Origin: Antedon mediterranea | Taxonomy: Eukaryota; Animalia; Echinodermata | DNA length: 64,000 nucleotides | NCBI RefSeq assembly: GCF_964355755.1 | Contig: NC_092675.1 | Location: 11,837,812-11,901,811, forward strand | Direction of reading: 5' to 3' | The notes under the pieces: generated by a model | The model's input: the letters and a program-made list of their open reading frames with translations, nothing else | Told to the model about the DNA's origin: nothing | Databases searched by the model: none | Shown here: positions 1 through 12,299 of the stretch, in pieces | Numbering within the stretch: position 1 is the first letter of the stretch | Layout of the letters: every line of letters begins with the position of its first letter | Position numbers and translations under genes: made by a program

Positions 1-3000
1 TGTAGATGTGCAAGAAACTTCGTTATATGACGTTAGAGTCGCGCAGCGTGAGTTACGCGCGATTTTATGAATTTAAATGGTTGATCATAGATTATAAACC
101 AAAAGTCATTTTTTATTGATACTTGGTGAAAATTTAAGTCATATCAAGGGCGAACTTTCTATGGATTAAAAATGGCCTGTTTTACAAGAAGTTACGCGCG
201 CACGCGCATTTAAAGTTTCAAAATGCGCAAAATTATTTTCTAATCAACTTTCTACGCTGATCATGACATTTTAAGCATGTCAAAAATTCCCGCGCGTGCG
301 AAAAAAATTACGCGTATGGTGCGCACGGAGTACGAAAATCATGTTTTTTTCTTTTGAATTGTAATTTTCTAGCCTTTCCTAGTCATTTTAAAAAAGATTG
401 ACATCATTTCAAATTAAAATGACGTCATACGAACACGTTGATTTAGACAATTTGCATGCGTTTTAGTTGCAAAAGTGACAAAATATTGTCAAAATTATGC
501 CTACTTTGAATCTATTATAGCTCCTCAGGATCAACCGTTACCCCCAATTTTTTTAATTTAATATGTAAGCAGATATGTTGTAGATATGAATTCATGCAGA
601 ATCTTTACCCCTCGGATGTTATGACGTCATCGTATGGCCACACGAATGTAAAATATTGGATTTTTGACTGTTTCGCTATTGCTCATTACATTAAATAGAG
701 CGCATATCGCTTATACGTATTCCATTTCCTCAGATATTTTAATATTGTCTCTGTCAATAAACTATCTTTCGCATGAGTTAAAAATATTTTAATTTTTATG
801 ACGTCATTATGTCTAAAAATGTAAATAACGTGGGTCACTTCTTTTCATCTTAACAGTAAACTTCAATCTGTTATAACTCGTCAGAATAAAAAGTGACGCG
901 CATGATTAAAACTTATTATAGAAGTTGTTGAATTGTAGATATGAATTCATATACAAATTTTGTCTATCTGATGTCATGACGTTATCATATGGCCAGTTGA
1001 ATTCAAAAAGTCATATTTTCATTTCTTGCGTAAAAGTTCATTGCGTTTAAACGAGAGCGCATGTCACTTTCACGTGCCCAAAATTCTTCATATTTGTATT
1101 AATGTAATTAATTAGATAATTATCTTCTAAAATCGTTATTTTTATATGTCAATTTGATGATTTCATCGTGTTAATAATTGGATTTAAAAGATGGGTATCG
1201 TAATTCCGTCTATGCTACACTGTATATAACATATACAGTGTATTCTGTAAATACTGTAATATGATGTATGCTACAAAATAGGTACAATTCAGCACTGTAA
1301 ACATATTTATTTCATGTCAAAGGATGGCATAATAATTGTCGGCGTTCATATTTTAAACGTATGTGCATGTTGCGTATGCGCGGATAACCCGAACTCGTCA
1401 AAGTGACGAGTTCAAATCTAGTTCTGTATTATTCTTCTGTCTTTCTTCCTTTTTTTGTGAGCCCTGTTACTCTAAAATGTGTGAACAGAACATATCATAA
1501 CTTTGTCAACATATAGATATTTACGTGAAGTTGTGCACATCCTATTTTTGAAAAACGTCAGAGTTGCGCAACGTGACTTGCGCGCAATTTTATGAATTTA
1601 AATGATTGATCATAGATTAAAAACCGAAAGTCATTTTGTATTGAGACTTGGTGAAAATTTAATTCATATCAAGAGTCAACTTTCTGTGGATTAAAAATGG
1701 CATGTTTCACACAAAGTTACGCGCGCACGCGCATTTAAAATTTTAAAATGCGAAAAATCAATTTCTAATCAACTTTCTACGCATTTCTTGTCATTTTGAG
1801 CATGTCAAAAATTCCCACACGTGCGCAAATTTTTACGCGCGAGGGGCGCACGTAGCTTTAAAAAGATACTTTTTTCGCGTGATTTATGTTTTTCCAGCCT
1901 TTTCTAGTAATTTTACCAACTTTTAAACAATTTCGACTTAAAATTACGTCATTACGAGCACGTCGAATTGAATAATTTGCGCGCGTATTTGATCAAAAAG
2001 CTAAAAAAATCGTCAAAATTATGCCTTTTTTTAAACAGTCGTAGTTTCTAAACTAAACGGTGAAAGTTATTTTTATTACATATTCTGGAAGTTGATGAGT
2101 TGTAGATATCAAATCATACATTAATATGGCTAACAGGACATTTTGACGTCATTGTATGGCCACGCGAATATATAATATAGGATTTTTGTCTCTTTCGTTA
2201 TTGCTCATCACATTCAATGGAGCGCATCACGCTTATCTGTATTCCATTTTCTCCGAGATTTTAATATTGTCTAGATCAATCAACTACCTTTCGCATGAGT
2301 TAAAAATATTTTAATATTTGTAACGTCATCATGCCTAAAAATGTTAATTACTTGGGTCATTAATTTCATCTTTACAGTAAATTTTAATCTGTTATCGCTC
2401 GTAAGAACAAAATGGGATAATCACGATTAAAATGTTTTCTGGAAACTATTGGATTGTAGATACGAAATCATGTAAACATTTTGCCAATCGGATGTTGTGA
2501 CGTCATCATATGGCCAGTTAAATAAAAAAAGTCGTATTTTCATCTTTTGCGTCATAGTGTATTACATTTAAAAGAGCGCGCATCAATATTTCACGTGTTC
2601 AAATTTCTGCTACACGTTAATATGTTGTTGCTGAGATAATTTCCTTCCGAAATTGCTACATTCGCGTTTCATTTTGAAACCGTCAATATGTTAAAAATTT
2701 GAATAAATAGCGGGTCCCGTAATTTCACCTATTCTACACTGTATGTGATATGTATACAGATTATACTGTGTATACTATATGACACAAAATAACAGAATTC
2801 AGCAATAAAAACATATCATATTCTTCAGTTCAGGTCACAATGCCATAATCTTTTTTCTTGTGCAATATTCCAACGTATGACGTGCACGTGGCGTTTGTCG
2901 TGCGGATAACTAACTCGTCAAAGTGACGAGTTTCATGTCTAGTTTTTCTTCTTTCTTTCTGTATGATTTTTGTGGAACGCTTTTCTCTAAAACTTGCAAA

Positions 3001-6000
3001 CATAACATTTTGTAACTTTCTCAACATATCGTCATGCACATGAAGATGTGCAGCGAAGCTTTTCATGATGTTTACAATTGCGCAACGTGACTTACGCGCG
3101 ATTTAACGATTTTGTCGTATTTAACATAGCTCGACAACCAAATAACATTTCAACTTGAAACTTTGCAAAAGTTTAATTTATATCATGCGCTAACTTTCTG
3201 TTGAAAAAAAATTGCGTGTTTTACACAAAGTTACGCGCGCACGCGCATTTAAAATTTCAAAATGCGCAAAATTAATTTAAAATCAACTTTCTACGCGTTC
3301 CATGTTGTTTTAAGCATGTCAAAAATTCCCACGCGTGCACACATTTTTACGTGTGCGGTACGCACGTAGCATTGAAAACGTATTTTTTTCGCGTGATTTA
3401 TATTTTTCCAGCCTTTTCTAGTAATTTTACCAAATTTTAAACAATTTCGACTTAAAGATACCTCATACGAGCACGTCGAATTGGACAATTTGCGCACGTT
3501 TTTTATGAAAAGGTTAAAAAATTCGTTTAAAATATGCCTTTTTTTAAACAGTCGTAATTTCTAAACTAGACGGTCAACTTTTTTTGGATGGCATATTCTG
3601 GAAGTAGATGAGTTGTAGATATCGGATCAGGTATTAATATGGCTAACCGGACATTGTGACGTCATCGTATGGCCACACGAATATAAAATTTAGGATTTTT
3701 GTATCTTTCGTCATAGCTCATCACATTGAATAGAGCGCATCTCCACTTATCCGTTTTCCATTTTCACCCCGATTTTGATATTGTCTAGGTCAATCAAGTA
3801 TCTTTCGCATGAGTTAAAAATATTTTAATTTTTTTGACGTCATCATGCCTAAAAATGTAAATCACGTGTGGCATTAATTTCATCTTTACAGTAAATTTTA
3901 ATCTGTTATAGCTTGTAAGAATAAAATGTGATAATCACGATTAAAACTTTTTCTGGAAGCTATTGGATTGTAGATACGGAATTATGTAAAAATGTTGCCA
4001 ATCGGATGTTGTGACGTCATCATGTGGCCAGTTAAATAAAAAAGGTCGTATTTTCATCTTTTGCGTCATAATTCATTACATTTAAAAGAGCGCGCATCAA
4101 TATTTCACGTATTCAAATTTCTTCTACACGCTAATACGTTGTTGCTGAGATAATTTCCTTTCGGAATTGCTACCTTCGCGTTTCATTTTAAAACCGTAAA
4201 CATGTTAAAAATTGCAATAAATAGCGGGTCCCGTAATTTCACCTATTCTATGTATGTCACTGTATGTGATAGATACAGATTATACTGTGTATACTATATA
4301 TGAATTTAAATAATAAAATTCAGCAATAACAACATATCATATTCTTCAGTTCAGGTCATAATGCCAACGTGAACACTTCCTTTTGTCCTCAACCTATCCC
4401 CTTAATGTTAATGTTGCACCACTTGCGCGGCGCGGCGGATAACCAAACTCGTCAAAGTGACGAGTTACATGTCTAGTTCCCATTAATTCCATTCTACATT
4501 AATCATCGTGTCTATTTATTCGTTTCTGAAAACGACAATGTATTTATAGTCCTGCAGTACGTTTTGAAATCGCCAGTTTTTTAAAGCTGAAATTACTGTG
4601 TATTCGAGAACCATCTGTGGACACGACCTAGATGGTACGCGAGCGTACCATTTAGTAAAACCAATTTCCATTGGCTAGATTAAAAAAATCCCTTAGGTTG
4701 TTAAAAATTATGGTAGCTGATATATTTTCGAACAGATAGGTACCAAACATGACGTGATTCGGGTTAGGGGTTTGTTTACAAAAGAAAGTTGATTTTTGAG
4801 TGAACAAAAATACAATTTCTTAATGATTTTCAATGGAAACGACTTAAATGATATTTTTTATGAACAAGAGTTTGATATGTTTCACACGAAGTTACGCGCG
4901 CACGCGCATTTAAAATTTCAAAATGCGAAAAATCAATTTCTAATCACTTTCTACGCGTTTCATGTCCTTTTGAGCATGTAAAAAATTCCCACGCACATGC
5001 ATTTTTTTGCGCGCACGGTGCGAACGTAGCGTTGAAAACAATTTTTTTTGCCGTGATTTATGTTTTTCCAGCCTTTTCTAGTAATTTTACCAACTTTTAA
5101 ACAATTTCGACTTAAAATTACGTCATACGGGCACGTTGAATTGGATAATTTACATGCGTTTTTGATGAAAAGTTCAAAAATTTGTCAAAATTATACCTTT
5201 TTTTAAACGGTCATAGTTTCTAAACTAAACGGTGAAAGTTATTTTTATTACATATTCTGGAAGACGATAAGTTGTAGATATGGAATCATGCATTCATATG
5301 GCGAACCGGTCATTGTGACGTCATCGTATGGCCACGCGAATATAAAATATAGGATTTTTGTATCTTTCGTCATAGCTCATCACATTTAATAGGAGAGCGC
5401 ATCTCCACTTATCTGTTTTCCATTTTCACCCCGATTTTTATATTATATCAATCAACTATCTTTCGCATGAGTTAAAAATATTTTAATTTTTATGACGTCA
5501 TCATGTCTAAAAATGTAAATAACCTGGGTCACTTATTTTCATCTTTATAGTAAATTTCAATCTGTTATAGCTCGTCAGAATAAAACGTGATAATCATGAT
5601 TAAAACATTTTATAGAAGCTATTGGATTGTAGATACAAAATGATGTTAACATTTTACCAATCGGATGTTGTGAAGTCATCATATGGCCACTTGACTTTAA
5701 AAAGTCGTATTTTCATCTTTTGCGTCATAGTTCATTACATTTAAAAGAGCGCGCATCAATATTTCACGTATTCAAATTTACTCTACACGTTAATATGTTG
5801 TTGCTGAGATAATTTCCTTCCGAAATTGCTACCTTCGCATTTCATTTTGAAACCATCAACATGTTAAAAATTGGAATAAATGGCGGGTCCCGTAATTTCA
5901 CCTATTCTACACTGTATGTGATATATGTATACAGATTATACTATGTATGACACAAAATAACAGAATTCAGCAATAACAACATATCATATTCTTCAGTTCA

Positions 6001-7305
6001 GGTCATAATGCCATAATCTTTTTCTGTGTGCAATATTCCAACGTATGACGTGCACGTGGCGTTTGTCGTGCGGATAACTAACTCGTCAAAGTGACGAGTT
6101 TCATGTCTAGTTTTGCTTCTTTCTTTCTGTATGATTTTTGTGGAACGCTTTTCTCTAAAACTCGCAAACATAACATTTTGTAAATTTCTCAACATATCGT
6201 CATGCACATGAAGATGTGCAGCGAAGCTTTTCATGATGTTTACAATTGCGCAACGTGACTTACGCGCGATTTAACGATTTTGTCGTATTTAACATAGCTC
6301 GACAACCAAATAACATTTCAACTTGAAACTTTGCAAAAGTTTAATTTATATCATGCGCTAACTGTCTGTTGAAAAAAAATTGCGTGTTTTACAAAAAGTT
6401 ACGCGCGCACGCGCATTTAAAATTTCAAAATGCGCAAAAATAATTTATAATCAACTTTCTACGCGTTTCATGTCGTTTTAAGCATGTCAAAAATTCCCAC
6501 GCGTGCGCACATTTTTACGTGTGCGGTGCGCACTTAGCATGGAAAACATATTTTTTTCGCGTGATTTATGTTTTTCCAGCCTTTTCTAGTAGTTTTACCA
6601 AATTTTAAACAATTTCGACTTAAAGATACGTCATAAGAGCACGTCGAATTGGACAATTTGCGCACGTTTTTTATGAAAAGGTTAAAAAATTCGTTTTCCA
6701 TTTTCCGTGTTACATAACAAAAGTCGTATTTTCATCTTTTGCAACATAATTCATTACATTTAAAAGAGCGCGCATCAATATTTCATGTTTTTAAATTTCT
6801 TCTAAACGTTAATATGTTGTTGCTGAGATAATATCCTTCCGAAAGTGCTATTTTTGTATTTCATTTTGATGCCGTCGCCATGTTAAAATTTGGAATAAAT
6901 GGCGGCTCCCTTAATTTCACCTAATCTACACTGTATGTAATATGTAAACATATTTTACTGTTTATACCGACTGTAATGGAATAGCCCAAATCGTTTATTT
7001 CCTACCTATTTCTATAATATAGCAGGCCAAATAAGACGTTATATTTACAGGATAGAGGGCGGCAAACAATATTTTTGTCGTATCAGAGCCGTTCATAGTT
7101 GTTAGGAGATATGTGATTTCTATTACATTTTCTGGTTTGTTTGTCAGTTGCTTGTCCGGCATGTAGGTCATAATGCCAACGTGAACACTTCCTTTTGGCC
7201 TCAACCTATCCCCTTAATGTTAAAAGGTACGTCGTTAAACGTCCATGTTTCACCACTTGCGTGGCGGATAACCAAACTCGTCAAAGTGACGAGTTTCATG
7301 TCTAG
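1..7305 (+). mobile_element. Head-to-tail tandem array of about five non-autonomous Helitron-like units (~1.2-1.6 kb each)
   Basis: Each unit ends in the hairpin AACTCGTCA-AAG-TGACGAGTT followed 4-6 nt later by CTAG|T (CTAG at 1418-1421, 2939-2942, 4473-4476, 6107-6110, 7302-7305). Unit bodies are homologous (e.g. GTTACGCGCGCACGCGCATTTAAA recurs). A hairpin plus CTRR is the canonical Helitron 3' end. Confidence 0.75.
4490..4655 (+). mobile_element. 3' end fragment of a second Helitron-like family (family B) embedded in the array
   Basis: GCTGAAATTACTGTGTATTCGAGAACCATCTGTGGACACGACC is followed by the hairpin ATGGTACGC-GA-GCGTACCAT and TTAGT. The same sequence occurs at ~57622-57688 (+) and ~63600-63750 (-). 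Confidence 0.55.
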
Positions 7306-7847
7306 TTTTTATTGAAATCGATAGGTTAGGCCGTTTTTCACATTCTGAACTTCAAGGCTAAATACTCTATCTCAAAAGTTTGGCTTGCGACTCTGCGTTG
7401 CTTTTGTGATGCCAGGCCTTAAATATTGAGAAATGGGGTTCAGGTCAAATGTCGTACGTCTGGTCATTTTTTCGTAAAATGTTTCATTACAGCAAATATA
7501 AATATGTACAACTCTCTAGCCATAGCGGGTTTTTCACTTTAGGCTGTATTTTAAGCTAGACTGTGTAATTGATGCATTTCTAAAAAAATAATTGGCTGTG
7601 TCACCCACCTGGCCCATCATAATGTTGTGTAATATTTTCTGAACAGTCCATCATTTAGCCTTTAGGGTAATTTAGGTTTATATGTAAATTGACATACTAT
7701 GACACACAGGAAGGTATTTTGTGTTATAATTATATCGCATTTCTTACTAATTGTGCATTCTCAATATAATTTTAAACAAATATAATCATAGTTTTCTAAC
7801 CATTGACATTTTAATAAAGCTTATTTTTAAATTGTTTTATTATGCAG

Positions 7848-8332
7848 CTTTTGATGAAAAACAGAAACAGAAACGAGAGGAAATTCAATGCAAATCTATA
7901 TTTTCAAGTTTGACAACCAAACAAAATAAAAATACAGAAAAATATTCTGCAAGAACTGAAAACTTAATTGATAAGCTGGAAAGTAGAGTGTTAAAAACAG
8001 TAAGTGCCATTACCTTTGGTGCACCAAACAAACGACATCAGACAATGTCAGATATTGGTGTTTGCAAGAAGAAAATGAAGTCTGTTACTAACAAAAGCCA
8101 AGCTTGCTCAGAAAGTCTAATTGACAAATGTTCAATAAATGAAGGGGAAAACCACAAAACGTTAAGTAAAGATGAGCATTGTTTGAAAACTAGTACAAAT
8201 GGACCGAAGCAGACGAGTATAGTAAATAAACAAACAAGTGTGCAATCAATGGATCTAGTTGAGAAGGTTAGTTCATCACAGAGTCAAATTGGGAGATTGT
8301 GTGAATATACTAGTAGTTCTGATGAAGATTGA
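7848..8332 (+). CDS. Possible terminal coding exon of unknown low-complexity (K/S/T-rich) protein
   Basis: Open frame after a pyrimidine tract and TGCAG acceptor-like site (~7843-7847), ending SSSDED-stop, with AATAAA at ~8513. No recognisable domain. Confidence 0.25.
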
Positions 8333-8549
8333 TATGCCCTGGCTAAATTTTACATTCAATGTTCTCAGCATTGATTTTGAGATAATTGTGCCAAGACAAA
8401 TTTAGATTGCTGACCATCCATTCATTCTTTTATTTCATATATTTAAAAACATTAGTGAAAAGGTTCATCTGGATGTACTGATATGAATTTCTTGTTGATA
8501 ATCCAATATGTGAATAAAACCAGTTGTTGGTTACTCAGTATTACTTATC

Positions 8550-8702
8550 TGTTGCGTCACACTTTGTAGTAATTTTTACACTTTGTAATACCTGTCGCAC
8601 TATGTAACAAAGTTGTCGCAATTTGTAATAACCGTCTGTCACACTTTGTAATAAACAGAGCTGTCGCACTTTGTAACACATGCGTGTCACAAATTGTAAT
8701 AA
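8550..8702. repeat. Short degenerate minisatellite (TGTCGCACTTTGTAA motif), resembling DNA-transposon subterminal repeats
   Basis: About 7 spaced copies of TGTC(G/A)CACTTTGTAA. Confidence 0.55.
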
Positions 8703-8824
8703 CTTTTTTTTCAGGGTTTCACAACTATATCAATAGGTTTTTTTTTTTCTTTAGTAAGTCTAATAATACAATGAAGGCCATAGTCAAATACGAGTGACAT
8801 TTATTTTCAATGTACTAACTAATC

Positions 8825-8936
8825 CGGCCATACTGCGTTGAAACACCGGTTCTCGTCAGATCACCGAAGTTAAGCAACGTTGGGCCTGGTTGCGTTCTGG
8901 ATGGGAGACCGTCTAGAAATCGCGGCGGGTGCTGTA
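8825..8936 (+). pseudogene. 5S rRNA-derived sequence (SINE head, not a functional 5S gene)
   Basis: CGGCCATACTGCGTTGAAACACCGGTTCTCGTCAGATCACCGAAGTTAAGCAACGTTGGGCCTGGTT...GGATGGGAGACCG...GGGTGCTGTA. It lacks the 5' GCCTAC, has a diverged 3' half and no oligo-T terminator. Confidence 0.85.
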
Positions 8937-9194
8937 TATACTGGAGAGTAATGGTGTAATGGTAATATCGGACTAGCATGTGATAGGCATGGGTTCGAGG
9001 TTATCTGTACCATACTAATTGCATCCTTAGGCAAGATGCTTTACTCTCATTGTCTCGTCCTTCGAAAAGAGTAGGGGATCGTCTCCCGGTGTGCTGATCT
9101 GGTAGGCGTTGCACTGCTGGCTGCCGTGGGTCCGTAGAGGGCCTAATCTCCTCAGTTTCCAGTTAAGCTTGAGGACTAAGATACCTTTACCTTT
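8825..9194 (+). mobile_element. Composite SINE: 5S rRNA head + tRNA-like segment + CORE-like motif + (TACCTT)n tail
   Basis: 8825-8936 resembles metazoan 5S rRNA. 8943-9010 has an A box (TGGTGTAATGG) and a B box (GGTTCGAG). TCCTTAGGCAAGATGCTT resembles the MIR/CORE motif. The tail is TACCTTTACCTTT, with possible 5-bp flanking duplication TAATC (8820-8824 / 9194-9198). Confidence 0.75.
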
Positions 9195-9827
9195 AATCTT
9201 TTCAAAGATTCAAATGTGTGTATTGTGGTCAAACTACCGTTGTCGCCCCCGTGCACATTTACTAAAAATAAAATAAATAAAAGGTCAAGGTCATTCAACA
9301 CTGCCGCATTTACCTTAATGGTTTAGGTCGTTAACTCGGTGGTTTAGTACAAATATGATGCGTTGTTGAATTTTGCGCACGTGAACGATATTACAAGGTC
9401 AATGGCATATACCAGTACAGTAGGCCTATTGTTCATTTGTTTATATGTATGTAGGTGGCTAAATGATGTATTGTTAAACAACTGAGAATTAATAATGCGC
9501 AAATAGGTTTTTTTTACAACAAATAGTAATTAATAAATCAACATACGGCAGTAATTTCAAGATAATAATGATCCCCCGATGTAATTAACATTACACTACT
9601 GTATCTCATTGTGAAGTTTCCTTAGGATGGCACCAAAATTACATATTGACAATGACAGCCGGTTGTTTTCTTAAAACGGATAAACCGGTCCGGTCTCAAT
9701 AACATATTCATGACCTATTAGTATTATAAAACCATATTTTATTCATTTGAATTGATTTAAAATTATAATAATATAGGTGGATAAAGCAATAGGTCATTTT
9801 AACTGTGTGTTTGAGTTTTCCAGCCCA

Positions 9828-9890
9828 TACTGAAAAAATGACAATGCTGTGGGTATCAATGGGTGGATCTCAATGGAGCGAAATCAAAAC
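9828..9890 (-). mobile_element. Distal piece of a Penelope-like terminal repeat, separated from its body (24239-25090) by the Gypsy insertion
   Basis: The reverse complement matches 53570-53655, where the uninterrupted junction TTTATCGTTTTGATTT is visible. Confidence 0.8.
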
Positions 9891-10072
9891 TGTAATATTG
9901 TTTATGATGACTTTAATAAAGATTCGGTAGACACTATAAATGCAGTTCTATCTTTTTATTACATGCTGTTTGGTACTACAGCGTGTCCTGCACGCATGCG
10001 TATTCTACATGAGTCTGGCGTTGCCAGGATGTGTTTACTAAATAACCCATTTATAAACTGTACGACACTACA
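9891..10072 (-). repeat. Complete 3' LTR (182 bp)
   Basis: TG...CA ends, AATAAA on the minus strand, adjacent PPT. 9967-10072 appears identical to 24133-24238. Confidence 0.9.
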
Positions 10073-10339
10073 TCTCCCTTCTACTAGATTTAAAATGCAC
10101 ACTGTGATATTGAAATAAGAGTTACCGTATTGTTTTAACATTTTTTTACAAACTGCTAACTACTATATACAAACAACTTAACGCTTTCTGAACTAATGCA
10201 TAGCATTATTCCTCAACTAGCCTTTGAGGCCGTCTTGCTTGTCTACAAGATCTGCGTGTCTGTTGTGGGATCGGATCTTGTCCCACTACAACAGTATCAT
10301 CATTATAAACCGGTTTTGGATTTACATGTGCCCTATTTG

Positions 10340-11468
10340 GCAGATTCACCTTTTTAAAGTGTGACCAGTTTCTGGTTATCTTATTACCATCTGGGTGTTT
10401 AGCTGTAATTATATAACACCTATATAAATTCCTGTCATTTGATTGGACGAATGTGGGTCACATGGCGTGCAATAGTACGCACTATTCAACGATCGTTAAA
10501 TAGTACTTTTTGAAACATTTTTGTGTACGAAAAAAAAACGTCTAGATGTTATATAAAACAAATAATGAATGTTTTGTATTCGTGTAATGGTACAAATAAT
10601 GGCACTTGGTGAATGATGAAAGGTTATATCAACTCGGCTTTGCCTCGTTGATATAACCTTTCATCATTCACCTCGTGCCATTATTTGTACCATTGCACTC
10701 ATAAACATTCATTATTTGTATATTAGATCATGATTTCTATGTACAATGATTAAAGGTGTTTTACAGAAAGGTGTGGTAAATTTGTTCTTTTTTTCTTGCT
10801 TTACTAACACAGTGTCACCTACGTTGAGATTACATTCTGATATGCATCTCCTTTTTTCAGCATCATGCTTCATCTTAATTTTGTTGCTGGTGAAACACCC
10901 GTTGTACAATGTGGGGTCGCCCTATAATTTCTTAAAAAGACGTACATGTCTTGTTTCCAGTGTTCAGAGGTATATAATACTTTCTTGAACGTGCGCATAA
11001 AGCGCTCGACTTCACCGTTGGCCTCGGGCCACAATGGAGTTACTTTCCTGTGATGGAAACCAAGATATTTTGAAAATTTATCAAATGCATCACTGTTGAA
11101 GGGTGGGCCATTATCTGACCGGACAACCTTGGGAACCCCTAGCATGCTGAAAATTTTGTCAATTTTCGGAATCACAGCATTTGCTGAAGTTGAAGTTAGG
11201 AGCTCGACAACAGGGAACCGTGAGTAATCATCGATTACAACCATTACATATTCATTGTTAACATGACAAAAATCTATGCTAACCTGCTCCCATCTGTTTT
11301 GTGGTAAACCAGACATTTTGAGTGGGGCTCGTACTGACTGAGGAGTTGCAGCCTGACACAACATACACTCCTTTACAACTATTTCACTAAGTTTCAATAA
11401 ATTCTTTGTCTTAACTATCCCCTGGTGCCCTTCGTGAGCGAGGTCAACAACTTTACGTCTTAAACTAA
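10340..11468 (-). pseudogene. Gypsy integrase (HHCC zinc finger, DDE core, C-terminal domain), frameshifted and interrupted
   Basis: LAHEGHQGIVKTK...CMLCQ...WEQVSIDF...VVIDDYSRFP...SDNGPPFNS...NGEVERF. The C-terminal ITAKHPDG..ITRNWSHFKK resumes beyond the 10412-10720 insertion. Confidence 0.9.
10412..10720. mobile_element. 309-bp non-autonomous element with a long 3' hairpin (Crypton-like architecture) inserted at TA
   Basis: Removing it restores the integrase frame (D-L-I-I-T-A). It has TGATTGG near the left end and ~80-bp inverted arms (10557-10719) around CTCGGCTTTGCCTCG. Confidence 0.65.
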
Positions 11469-12299
11469 GGCCCTGTTCAGACCCATGGCGTTAGACCGTT
11501 TTAGCGTACAACGTTACTATCAAGGTCACGTTACAAACCGCAGAGAAAAAAACGAGGTGTTCAGACCCATAGCGTACGATTATCGTTACAACGGAAGTAC
11601 GTCATTCAGGTTGTTTCTAGTTGCATATTCATGTGCTCTTACCCACGTGTTTTCATCATTATTTCCACTGTATTATAGGCCTAGATCTCAGCCCTACAAT
11701 TATGACAAAATTTTCCGTAAATAAAACATACCTCAGCATTTATTTAAGAAAAATATAGTAAAGCCAAATTTCTGTTTCTATTGTTTTTATTTTGTATTAA
11801 AAAACATTTTCCCCAGGTTCTTGTGTTACGAAAATAAAGCAGGCCTTCTAATGATGAAGAAAAAATTGATTGTGATTAGTCTATCCAGTCCAGTCAAAGA
11901 TATATATTCTTTGTTCCAGTCGGTTGAAAATAACCCTTAACTTGCTAATAAAAGGGACACAGCTCCCCTTGTTTGTTTACTGATTTTTTTAGGAGTTAGG
12001 GGGTTTTCAGCATTAAACTTGTCCAGTCTAGTCTGCCTTGTATGATGAATGAGTGACTTGATGTCCCACGCTAGTTTTTAGCTTGAATGAAATGCGTGAA
12101 TGGCTCTAGGCCTAGCTAGGCCTAAAAGCGGATGGGATCGTAGTCCCTATGTTTAAATACAAGGTGCATGTATTTAAGTCATTTGTTAGAAAATATAATG
12201 GTAATCAGTTGATAATAGTTTGTAGCCTTTGTAACAGTTGTATTTGTAGTGTAGTTAGGCCTAGGCCTTATTTATTCCACTAAGGCGCAGGATTGGTCA

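Noticed and set aside
2830-3066. Duplicated 78-aa ORF (also 5998-6234) as a conserved peptide
   Set aside because: It spans the Helitron unit junction, and its similarity is explained by the array duplication.
8825-8936. Functional 5S rRNA gene
   Set aside because: 5' end missing, 3' half diverged, no T-run terminator, and fused to a SINE body.
9967-10072. 106-bp LTRs of a TRIM-like mini element
   Set aside because: The left LTR extends to 9891 (TGTA start, TSD AAAAC), and the right one is simply truncated by deletion.
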